Source of the DNA: Eledone cirrhosa | Taxonomy: Eukaryota | Assembly (NCBI GenBank): GCA_964016885.1 | Contig: OZ024742.1 | Location: 213,838,001-213,902,000, forward strand | Length of the DNA stretch: 64,000 nucleotides | Reading direction: 5' to 3' | In this document: positions 29,308-43,176 of the stretch, piece by piece | How the letters are laid out: each line of letters opens with the position of its first letter | How positions within the stretch are numbered: the first letter of the stretch is position 1 | Program-made: the position numbers and the translations under genes | Notes under the pieces: generated by a model | The model's database searches: none | Seen by the model: only the letters and a program-made list of their open reading frames with translations | Told to the model about the DNA's origin: nothing

Positions 29308-30242
29308 GTGTGTATGTACGTATATATGTAATATATACAATAAAGAAAGAAGAAAGGACAAGACAACGAACGAAAACAATAAAACGAAAAACAAATTTTA
29401 AGAGGAAATCTTAAAAAATTAATAAATATTACAAACGAAGGACAGAGAACTCCATGGTAATTGGCAGCCAAATTTTTGAATCGGGGATTCAAATTTAGAA
29501 TATTCCAATTCAAGATAATCCATACTCCCCGCGGGGATTCAAATTTAGAATATTCCAATTCAAGATAATCCATACTCCCCGCGCTCAATACTCTGCTGGT
29601 CTATTGATTATGAAGGTGATGATGATGTTGATTATTTTGTCATTGTTCAGCCCTAGGTAGCAACAGAATACAGAATGACTATATTCATTGCTACAATAAT
29701 CAACTAATCATTTTTAAAGGCATGAAATAGTATATCGAGGACACTATTATTTTATGTATCATCCTCAATTTTATATAATATCAGGGAATAATTTAGGGAA
29801 ACATGTGGCTGCTATTTCTTGCAAATTAAGAGTCTACATAAGGATAACCAAATGAAATCACTTTTATATAATGATTAAAATGAAAATGATGGGTAATGAT
29901 TGCACTGAATAACTTAGTCAAAAAGTGACTTTAATGAAATTCAAAACAGCAGAGAAAATCATAAAAATATACACAGGATTAAGAAAAACTGTAAAGCAGA
30001 GAGAGTATAGTCAGTCAAGTTCAGAAGTAAAAAACGATGTACACTTACCAAATTAGCCTTCGCTACTGGTACCAGCAGTGCCTTTCCGCTGGAGGACCCT
30101 TTCGAAGAAGTGCGATTAAGCATAGGTCACGTGGTAGGTTCAGGAATGTTTATATTTTTATATTTAATGGTTTTTGTTCCTCCCTTTCTTCTTTTTTTTT
30201 TTGCCTTGACATTTCATTGGTGCCTGTTTCTTAGCAATGCTG

Positions 30243-30329
<87 letters not shown>

Positions 30330-30698
30330 CACATGACCACGCGTGCTGACACACACATACACACGTGCGTATATACGGTTGCGCGCACGATGTATATATA
30401 TATATATCGTTTAGATGTCTTTGTATGTATATGTATATACATACAAAGACATCTAAACGATATATATATATATACATCGTGCGCGCGCACACACACACAT
30501 ATATATATATACATCTGTGGGTGTGTCTGTGTGCGCACGTATTTGAGTGCACAATGTTCCATCTTCTTCTTTCGTTGTTTAACATTATATGTATGTGTAT
30601 GTATATCCCCCCCCCCCCCCCGCCACACACACACAAAAAGTGTAAACATACATTTATTGAAATGTTGTCGAAGTATGTATACCTTTTTTTTTGGGCAT

Positions 30699-30738
<40 letters not shown>

Positions 30739-30782
30739 ACTAGTGGATATGGTGCATGTCTCTCGGACATGACACCCTTAAT

Positions 30783-31050
<268 letters not shown>

Positions 31051-31059
31051 CTAAGGCGG

Positions 31060-31200
31060 GTAAAATTGCCGAGATCCATGGACGAGTTCTCTCCAGCGGT
31101 CTCTGTCCCTCACTATCGCTGCCATATCCTGCATCTCCAACAGACCAGTGTCTGTCCTTAGGGCATCAACATATGTTAACCTTGGTCTTCCTCTTCTAGT
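31060..31200 (-). mobile_element. RTE LINE 3' fragment
   Basis: The minus strand translates [39 protein letters not shown]. Confidence 0.65.
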
Positions 31201-31298
31201 ATTAAGGATACTATTTATGGTTATGTATATACTAAAACCTTTTATAGTTATATATATATTATACCCTAAATAGTGAAAGACAGTAATTTATATATACA

Positions 31299-31332
<34 letters not shown>

Positions 31333-31333
31333 C

Positions 31334-32074
<741 letters not shown>

Positions 32075-32522
32075 TAAATGATTAAAAATACAAATAAATA
32101 AAAATAAAAATACAAATAAATAAATATATATATATATATATTTTTTCTTTTTTTTTAATCTTTGTTTTTTTCTTTGGTTCTTTCCTTAAAGCCTCTTCGA
32201 ATGGGTTTGCTATCATTTCATTAGTATACATCTATTACGCAATTTACACATGAAGATGTCACCGGGTCCTTACGCAACCTGTCCACTGAAATGTGGTTAG
32301 TGTTTGCGGAAATAAATAATTAAGGAAAATCAATATATTTGGCCTCCTGTCATTTTACTTAGTAATACATTTGACTCCGTTCCCGCACCATCAACATGAT
32401 TCAACATCAAAGATGGATGAGTTGCAAAACGTCGAGTGCTTTTTGTACTTTTCTATATTGCGTCATGATTAACATTGCAGAAAGACCAATTCTACCCAGT
32501 TGTAAGCCACCAGATTTAAACG

Positions 32523-33140
<618 letters not shown>

Positions 33141-33189
33141 GAGAAATGAAATTTCGTTTCATTTTTTCCATTTATATATATATATATAA

Positions 33190-33610
<421 letters not shown>

Positions 33611-33623
33611 TATATATATATAC

Positions 33624-33665
<42 letters not shown>

Positions 33666-33677
33666 CTGTGTGTGTAT

Positions 33678-33858
33678 GAGTCGGGTTCAATCGGGGGTAA
33701 CCACAGTATGTAAGGTACTCAATACATAGCAGAGTATAAATATTTAATATAGAAATGGCTTCTGCAGGACTAGAACTGTTTCGTTTGGAGAAAATCATCA
33801 GAAAAGCCCTGATGATTTCCTCCGAATGAAACAGTTCTAGTCCTGCAGAAGCCATTTA
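33678..33858. mobile_element. Family C palindromic mini-element with back-to-back HHR-like cores
   Basis: TCATCAG aaaagcc CTGATGA tTTC ctcc GAA t GAAAC agttcta GTC on both strands. The tail is shared with 36195-36270. Confidence 0.75.
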
Positions 33859-33862
33859 TGAG

Positions 33863-33890
<28 letters not shown>

Positions 33891-33893
<3 letters not shown>

Positions 33894-34488
33894 GTAGTAC
33901 ATTGGAAGGTAATATCCGTAGTGGTAGAGCTCTCAGTCCATGGGACGAGTTAGGTAGCAGTGGTTACACAACAGTTAGTTCCCCATACCAAGAACAATTG
34001 TTTCACCTTAGCGGATCCTCATGGAGCTTTGTAGTTATGTAAGGGGTGTTTCCAGACGCGTGGAGAACGTGTGAAGAATTCATTTTTTGAATTTAGGCAA
34101 TCTCTATTGCGTAATCTCTTTAGAATATTTATTCGTTCATCAATACATAGTCCACACGACGAGATTACGCAATAGCGATTGCCTAAACCCAAGAATGAAT
34201 TCTTCACACGTTGTCCACACGTCTGGAAACACCCCTTACATAACTACAAAGCTCTGGATTGAATTATAACAACATCCTAATTTTCTTATCAAGTAGAAAC
34301 TTTCGGACTTTCGCTGTTATCTCCCTTACACCTCTCGCACGCAATTTAGTATTGCTTGAGTCAAATGACCGTATCTGCGCATGCGTGTTCGTACGGTTGT
34401 CCTTCCTGTTCCGTACAACCATGTCCATTACGAGCTGAGGATCCGTTAAGGTGAAACAATTGTTCTCGGTATGGTGAACTAACTGTTG
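33891..34488. mobile_element. Family A palindromic mini-element; left arm internally deleted
   Basis: 33962-34020 is inverted to 34437-34488, and 34024-34118 is inverted to 34161-34254. Confidence 0.8.
34425..34474 (+). ncRNA. Minimal type I hammerhead ribozyme (family A)
   Basis: CCAT ta CGAG-CTGAGGA-tCC gttaa GGt-GAAAC AATT GTT-CTCG gt ATGG. Stem III is the palindrome ACAATTGT. Confidence 0.85.
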
Positions 34489-34509
34489 TATGTATATATA
34501 TATATATCG

Positions 34510-35662
34510 ACTTCCGCTACCGGTCCAAACGGCATAACATATCACGGGGCAAACTCCTCGCTCTCCGCTCCCTCCGTAGCCGAGATGACATCGTCATCAA
34601 ACCGGCGCACAAGGGAGGCGCCGTGGTGGTCTGGCGCGGTGATCTCTACACGGCTGAAGCCCTCAGGCAGCTCCGTAACCCCCTCTTCTACCGCCCTCTA
34701 CCCTCCGATCCCCCACCCCTCTACCAACAACAAGTCTCCTCCACCATCCAACATCTTGTCTCCCCCCTCCCCACCGCATCCCAACTATTTACTTCCTCCC
34801 CAAACTCCACAAACCCGACAACCCCGGCCGCCCCATCGTCTCCGCTTGCAACTGCCCCACCGAACTCATCTCCGCTTTTCTTGACTCCATCCTCACGCCC
34901 TCGTCACCACCCACCCCTACCACATCTCCGACACCAACCACGCCCTTCGCCTATTCTACTCCTTCACCTTCCCACCCGGACCACAGCCCTTCCTCTTCAC
35001 CCTAGATATCAAGTCGCTCTATACTGTCATCCTCCACGCCGACGGCCTACGTGCCCTCAAGCACTACCTCGACTTTCTCCCCTCCCCCATCCCCTCAACC
35101 CCACCCTCCTTCGCCTCGCCGAGCTGGTCCTCACCCTCAACTGTTTCTCCTTCTCGGGTGAGTTTTACCAACAAGTCACGGGGGTAGCCATGGGCATAAG
35201 AATGGGCCCAAACTATGCCAACCTTTTCGTTGGCCATGTTGAGGCCCAAATCTTTGCCCAGTACACCGGCCCCACACCCGAACTGTACGGTCGTTACATC
35301 GACGACTGTATCGGAGCCGCGACCCTCACCCGAGAACAGCTCGACTCCTTTCTCTTCTTCTGCTCCTTCCACCTCTCCCTCCACTTCACCACCCCTATCT
35401 CCACCACCCACGTCCACTTCTTAGACATCTCCGTCGCCTTCGACCCCTCCCACCACTCCCTCGTCACCTCCGCCATCTTCAAACCCACCGACTCCCTCTC
35501 CTACCTCGACTTCACCTCCTCCCACCATGCACACACTAAACACTCTATTCCCTACTCCCAACTCCTCAGGATCCGCCGCCTCTGCAGCCGAGATGCTGAC
35601 TTTGAGTCCCAGGCCCTTTCCTTAGTCAGCCATTTCATCCGCAGAGGTTACCCCCCCCCCCC
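34510..35662 (+). pseudogene. Frameshifted PLE RT fragment (Neptune-like)
   Basis: Motifs SRDDIVIKPAHKGGAVVVW, LDIKSLYT, LTLNCFSF, GVAMGIRMGPNYANLFVG, YGRYIDD, FLDI, KPTD and SIPYSQLLRIRRLCS. No EN domain; strongly C-rich. Confidence 0.88.
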
Positions 35663-35715
35663 TTGGCAAGTACACCATGATCATTAAGGACACACTTCTA
35701 TATATATATATATAT

Positions 35716-35759
<44 letters not shown>

Positions 35760-35761
35760 CA

Positions 35762-35792
<31 letters not shown>

Positions 35793-35825
35793 CAATATAT
35801 ATATATATATATTTATATATATACA

Positions 35826-35949
<124 letters not shown>

Positions 35950-35959
35950 GATATATATG

Positions 35960-35992
<33 letters not shown>

Positions 35993-36047
35993 GTACATAT
36001 ATATATGTACATATATATATGTATATATATGTATGTACATATATATG

Positions 36048-36105
<58 letters not shown>

Positions 36106-36194
36106 CATATATATATAAATATATATATATATATTGTATATATATATAAATATATATATATATATTGTATATATATATAAATATATATATATAC

Positions 36195-36388
36195 GTTATT
36201 CCGGGTTGAATCGGAGGTAACCACAGTAAGTAAGGTACTCAATACATAGCAGAGTATAAAAGTTTTAATATAGATGAGATTCTACAGGACTAGAACTGTT
36301 TCATTCATTAGAAATCATCAGGAATCTGCTCCTGATGATTTCTAATGAATGAAACAGTTCTAGTCCTGTAGAATCTCATCTATATTAA
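36195..36388. mobile_element. Family C palindromic mini-element with back-to-back HHR-like cores
   Basis: CTGATGA at 36332, GAAAC at 36351 and GTC at 36363, mirrored on the - strand. Embedded in TA-rich tracts. Confidence 0.75.
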
Positions 36389-36444
36389 ATATATATATAT
36401 ATATATATTGTATATATATATAAATATATATATATTGTATATAT

Positions 36445-36478
<34 letters not shown>

Positions 36479-36567
36479 TGTATATATATATAAATATCTA
36501 TATATATATTGTATATATATATAAATATATATATATATATTGTATATATATATAAATATATATATAT

Positions 36568-36646
<79 letters not shown>

Positions 36647-36649
<3 letters not shown>

Positions 36650-38848
36650 GTGTGTCCTTAATGATGATGGTGTACTTGCCATCACTGATGCTAATAAGAC
36701 GGTAGCTTGGAAGTGTCACTACGAAAGGCTACTAAATGAGGAGAATAATTGGGAGAAAGACAGTCTCCCCCACATCGATCCAATTGAAGGACCAGCAGTG
36801 CAAGTTGAAGGTAGTATAATAAGTAAGGCGATCAAAGACATGAAGACAGGCAAGGCGGCTGGGCCTTCGGAAATAGTTGCTGAAAGCTTCTGGAACGGTG
36901 GGACACACTATAGTCACCCGGATAGTAAACCAAGTCATACAGAATGGAGTCGTTCCGAAGGACTGGCGTAGCTGCATCATCATTAACTGCTACAAGGGTA
37001 AAGGAGATGCCCTAGGCAGGGGAAACTATAGACACATTAAATTAATTGACCAGGTCATGAAGGTCACGGAAAAAGTAATAGCGCAACTAGTCAGAGAGCG
37101 AATTGATCTAGATGAAATGCAGTTCGGGTTTGTGTCAGGTAAAAGTACAACAGATGCTCTTTTCATTGTACGACAACTACAGGAGAAGTACCTAGCTAAA
37201 AGTAAACCCCTATACTTAGCTTTTGTTGACTTGGAGAAAGCCTTTGACAGAGTACCCCGCTCGATTATCTGGTGGGCTCTTAGAAAACTAGGTGTTGATG
37301 AATGGCCTGTGAGAGCTATACAAGCCATGTATAAAGAAACAGTCAGCAAGGTTAGAATTAACAACGAATATAGTGAAGAGTTTAGAGTAAAAGTTGGTGT
37401 TCATCAGGGCTCCGTCCTTAGCCCCCTACTATTTATTATTGCCCTTCAGGCTATAACAGAGGAGTTCAAGACCGGCTGCCCATGGCAACTCCTATATGCA
37501 GATGATCTAACGCTCATAGCTGAATCAATGGCTGAACTAGAGAAGAAATTCCAAACATGGAAGCATGGCCTAGAATCAAAGGGCCTTAAAATTAACCTGT
37601 CTAAGACTAAAGTTCTAGTTTGTAGGAAGGAAAATAGGGCACTGGTCCCATCTGGGAAATGGCCATGCTCAGTGTGTAGGAAAGGAGTAGGCAGAAACTC
37701 CATTTTATGTCCCAAATGCAAAGGATGGGTGCATAAAAGATGTAGTGGGATCACAGGTAAGCTAACTAAGAATATAGATTTTATATGCGGCCGGTGCTCA
37801 GGTGCAATAAATAGCAGCAAGTGCCCACAGAATACTAGCTCATTCCATTGCACAGATGGTTCTATAGAAATAGTGGACACCTTCCATTACCTGGGTGACA
37901 AAATCAACAGTGGTGGAGGGTGCTCTGAAAGTACAGTAGCTAGAGTCAGAACGGGATGGAAAAAGTTCAGAGAGCTTATACCACTATTGCCCGCTAAAGG
38001 GTTCTCTCTAAAAATGAAAGGCAGGCTGTATGATGCCTGCATACGAACAGCAATGTTACATGGCAGTGAAACTTGGGCATTGTGTGCAGAGGATATACGC
38101 AGACTGGAGAGGAACGAAGCTTGCACGCTCCGTTGGATGTGTAATAGTAATATACGTGAACGGTAAAGCATAAATGAACTAAGGGAGAAATTAGGAATAA
38201 GAGGAATCAGATGTTGTTTACTCGAGAGAAGACTACGTTGGTATGGTCACGTGATGCGCATGAAAGACGACAGCTGTATAAAAAAGTGCAGGGCGATAAA
38301 AATAGACGGTAGCCACGGAGTAGGCAGACTCAGAAAAACCTGGGACGATATGATAAATTCCGACCTCACAAACTTACACGTCTCCAAGACAATGTCACTG
38401 GACTGAGATCTTTGGTGCTACATAGTCATACAAAAGACCCGCCTTGCCTAAGTACAAAGCGAAACCTACAGTCAGTAGGCACCTCTAACAAAAATACACC
38501 CCCGTCCCACCACCCCCACCCCATCCACACCACCCCTTTCGATGTAAAGTTATGTTGGTCCCACAACGTCCAGTCCGAAATAAATGGGGTCGTGTAGGTG
38601 TCACGACAAAAAAACACACAGTCCACGCTGCAATGTGGCCGTGTACGTAACACGGTAAAAACCTCCCAGTTCCACACTGTAAACGTGGTTGGTGTTAGGA
38701 AGGGCATCCAGCCGTAGAAAACCCACCAGATAGCCCTATACGAACAAGACAACCAATCTTGCCTCAAGTGGGAAAATTCCCGTCCAAACCCATTCAAGCG
38801 TGGAAGATGGACGTTAAACGATGATGATGATGATGATGATGATGATGA
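36647..38848 (+). mobile_element. 5'-truncated RTE-clade LINE
   Basis: RT ORF with a frameshift near 36877 and a stop at 38166, continuing RRLRWYGHVMR..GRLRKTW. The 3' UTR has GGTTGGTGTTAGGAAGGGCATCCAGCCGTA and a (GAT)n tail. Confidence 0.9.
36877..38166 (+). pseudogene. RTE LINE ORF2 fragment: RT plus PHD-like zinc finger
   Basis: QFGF, FVDLEKAFDRV, GVHQGSVLSPLLF, LLYADD; CSVC..CPKCKGWVHKRC..CGRC; FHYLG. Confidence 0.88.
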
Positions 38849-38870
38849 TATATATATATATATATATATA

Positions 38871-38923
<53 letters not shown>

Positions 38924-39057
38924 ATAGCTTTCACCGTATTTTTGACTAAAGGAATTTTAGCTTGATAACGGGGTTTAGAACCCTCAGATAAATGGAAAAA
39001 GATGAGTATTGATGTACATGTATATATATATATACACCCACACACATATATATATGT

Positions 39058-39150
<93 letters not shown>

Positions 39151-39490
39151 TATATATATATGTATATGTATTTGTTCTGCAAGATTCTTGATGTGAAATC
39201 GTGTGTTGAAAAACCTATAGTGTTATATGTGGCGATGGTCGTATTGCCACTATTGACAATAAAAAGATTTATTGCTCGTTATTCATTCATTCGAATGAAT
39301 AACGAGCAATAAAGATAAAGTGTAAAAAATAAGGTGCCTGTGTTTCTTTTTAATGGCGCAGTACTGGTGACATGACCATCCCCAAATATAAAAAATATAT
39401 ATATATACATAACACACAAACACAATACACACACATATATATATATATATATATACATATTTATATACACACACATATACTGTATATATA

Positions 39491-39589
<99 letters not shown>

Positions 39590-40480
39590 GAGAGAGATAA
39601 AGAGAGAGAAAGAGATAGAGATAGAGAGAGAGAGAGAGAGAGTGAGTGAGAGAGAGACAAAGAGAGAGATAGAGATAGAGAGGGAGAGGGGGGGGGGGCA
39701 GAAAGCGAAAGAAAGAAGAAACTAGATATATAAGCTTGCTTGTCATAAATAAGATGTTATAAAGTCCCGAATAAAGAATCATAGTAGAAGCTATCTCCTG
39801 ATAAGTTGACAATAATTGCTGAAACGTGTTATGATACTTATTTTTTTATGTACAAATAAAATAGACAAACATTTGTTTACACTTCTTTCTTTTCACAGCT
39901 AAACTTCTATTTCTGAAATTGTTGGTATATCTACATTAAATTCCTCTTAAATCTTCTAATATTCGCTATAGTCTGATAAATGGTTATTATAAATATCATA
40001 AATATAGTATATAGACACACATAAACCGCGGCAGAATAATTTTAGTTCATCTAAACGAAATATTTAACCTCTTAAACCAGCTCTTACCTTCATGTGGATA
40101 ATATTATTCTGGATAATACTCTGTCCGAGGGAAAAATAAAAATATGGGATAGCCTTAGTCAGAATGTTTTTGATTACAATGGACGCATATGTGGTTGAGA
40201 ATTTCGCTTCGCAACTATATCGTTTTCTGTTTGATTCTATTGCGCAATATCTTGATCACATGTCTTTTATTATATGTTCGGGCAGCCCAATGCCTTGTAA
40301 ATAGAATTTGGTAGGAGATGTCTTCATGGAGCCGTGTCGTACACACAAATGCGCACACGCTCACACAGACACAGACACATATACACACAGTCACATATAC
40401 TGTCTGACTGAACATATGTATACTTATTGTGTGGAGAATAGCAAGTAAGATTGAACATAAACTTTACACCATTGAATATA

Positions 40481-41170
40481 ACAGACCTGCCAACCTCTAA
40501 CAACCCAAATGCGGAGTACCATGAAAGTGCCCAGAACAAGGAGAAATGAGGCAAAATGGGGAGATTTTACATAATGAAAGTTATACCTGGGGAGGGTCAT
40601 ATTATTGTAATAATATTGCCAGAATTAATAACAGAACACACTCTCTGTTTGGTTGGTTTTCGCTTCTGTATCTCTTATATCAGTTAATTTATTCGGTCCT
40701 CAACGTTTACCATTGACTAACCAACGGTAAAAAATACAGATATGTTGAGAGGTCTGATATAATATTTACACCATCTATTGAGCGCTCTTTTGAAAATGTA
40801 ATCATTATGTAAATATAAAACGTTTGTAAATTTATTAATTTGTGAATTTTATCACTAAACTGGTTGTGTACTTTAGAGGTTTCAATAGCTCCCAAATGTA
40901 AGACGCATGTGGTTGATGTCAGTGAAGGTCAATCCATCCTCGGATCTCGAACCGTTCATTTTCGTGTTGACCAACGTAGACCTGTCAAGTCTCCCCGTCC
41001 GACCGGGAGATCTCCCACGCACTTTGGGGTGGGTGACAGATGTCTTCTCTTGTGAAAATTGATATAGCTTTCATTATGTAAAATCTCCTCATTTTGCTTT
41101 AATTCTCCCCGTTTCGGCGCACATTTTTAATGGTTATCCCGTTTGGGTTTTTAGAGGTTGGCAGATCTGT
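40481..41170. mobile_element. Probable non-autonomous DNA transposon with ~100-bp imperfect TIRs, containing a PLE pLTR fragment (40580-40745)
   Basis: ACAGACCTGCCAACCTCTAA...TTAGAGGTTGGCAGATCTGT. No TSD seen. Confidence 0.55.
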
Positions 41171-41661
41171 CAACGCCCAGTAGCCGTTACATACATCTAG
41201 CAGTCCATGCAAGTTATTATTTTCACGTTCGGTGTGTGCTACAAGCTGATCCTGATGCCAGAAACAACGAAGAGTGTGATATATGTCAGTGAAGTTTGAT
41301 TCATCTTCAAATCCCATAGACTTCATTGTCGTGTTGATCAAAGTTCCGATTCTAGAAACATTATACGTATTTACTATTTTTCGAAACTATTGTAATAAAT
41401 TTTATCCACAGTTACATAAATAGAATTACAAATAAAAAAGATATGCAATGATGGAGATATGAAAAATAAAATTAAAATAAATCAAGTAATGAGAAAAAGG
41501 GTAAGGGGTAAAGAAGTGCAGATCTGGCTGTATGAGAAAGTAGAGGAAAGGACTAGAATGTCATAAATGAGAGGAAAAGGTAAGGACACTTGGGCCACAG
41601 AAGAAAGAGAAGGGCAAGAGAAGGTGATGGGATCTGGACCTAGATTGACAGCGAGGTAAAT

Positions 41662-41700
41662 AGTCCTGATGAAGCGTAATGACTCAGAAACATGTTGATT
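41662..41700 (+). ncRNA. Minimal hammerhead ribozyme
   Basis: AGTC-CTGATGA-agcgtaatgactca-GAAAC AT GTT-GATT. Stem III is the palindrome ACATGT; stem II is imperfect. Confidence 0.65.
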
Positions 41701-41835
41701 CTTCTTCTGTCAGTGATGAAGAAACGGATGACGATTGGTTATAGGCACAGCACAGCTTTATCGGGCCGTTTGCTAGCAAACGAATCGAATATTATTATTA
41801 ATGTTCGATATACCCCATACGTACATATGTATATA

Positions 41836-41933
<98 letters not shown>

Positions 41934-41941
41934 TATATATA

Positions 41942-42017
<76 letters not shown>

Positions 42018-42078
42018 TATATATATATATACACACACATATATATATATATATACACACACACATATATATATATAT

Positions 42079-42125
<47 letters not shown>

Positions 42126-42227
42126 TTTATATATATATATATGAGTGTACATGTATGTACGCGTGTTTGTATGTGTATGTATGTACGTATGCATACTTAC
42201 ATATATATGTATATATATATATATATA

Positions 42228-42648
42228 TAGTTTTGCGAGGTTTTTGATATGAAATCGTGTGTCGAAACAAATATTGTTATACTTGGGGAGGGTCATATTT
42301 GTGTAATAATATTGCCAGAATTAATAACAGGACACACTCACTGTTTGGTTGGTTTTCGCTTCTGTGTCTTTTATATCGGTTAATTTAATTTATTCGGTCC
42401 TCAATGTTGCCATTGACTGACCAACGGTCAAAAACACAGAAAAACTTTGATAGACTATATATATGTGTCTATATTGTATCTGTATTTTTGACCGTTGGTC
42501 AGTCAATGGCAACATTGAGGACCGAATAAATTAAATTAACCGATATAAAAGACACAGAAGCGAAAACCAACCAAACAGTGAGTGCGTTCTGTTATTAATT
42601 CTGGCAATATTATTACACAAATATGACCCTCCCCAAGTATAACAATAT
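42228..42648. mobile_element. Short palindromic derivative of the same PLE family (pLTR only), with tail
   Basis: Arms ~42281-42440 and ~42475-42648 are close to the big element's pLTR. The tail encodes [23 protein letters not shown] on the - strand. Flanked by (TA)n. Confidence 0.9.
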
Positions 42649-43176
42649 ATATATATATATATATATATATTGTTATATTTGGGGAGGGTCATATTTGCGT
42701 AATATTGCCAGAATTAATAACAGAACACACTCACTGTTTGGTTGGTTTTCGCTTCTCGCTGTCTTTTATATATATATATCTGCGATCTAACTTACTCGGT
42801 CCTCAATGTTGCCATTGACTGACCGGCGGTCAAAAATAAAATAATACAGATACAATATAGACAAACACATATATATATAGTTTACATAAATCTTTTGTTG
42901 CACATCTGCAACATCGTCAGTGGTGTTATATTCATTGTTCCTCCTGTTGTGTTGTATGTCTACGCCATTTTTTTTGTTCAGTCCGTCTATATATTTATTT
43001 ATTTGTTTGCTTGTTTGTTTATCTTATTTTATTTTGTCTTCTTTGCGCATGCGTTTGCGTGTGTGATGTGTGACTAGTGTGTATAGTGTTGTGTCTGCTG
43101 GGTGACTAGTGTGTGTTTATGTGCTTGTGTATGTATTTATTTATCTTATTTTATTTAATTTAATTTACTTATTTAT

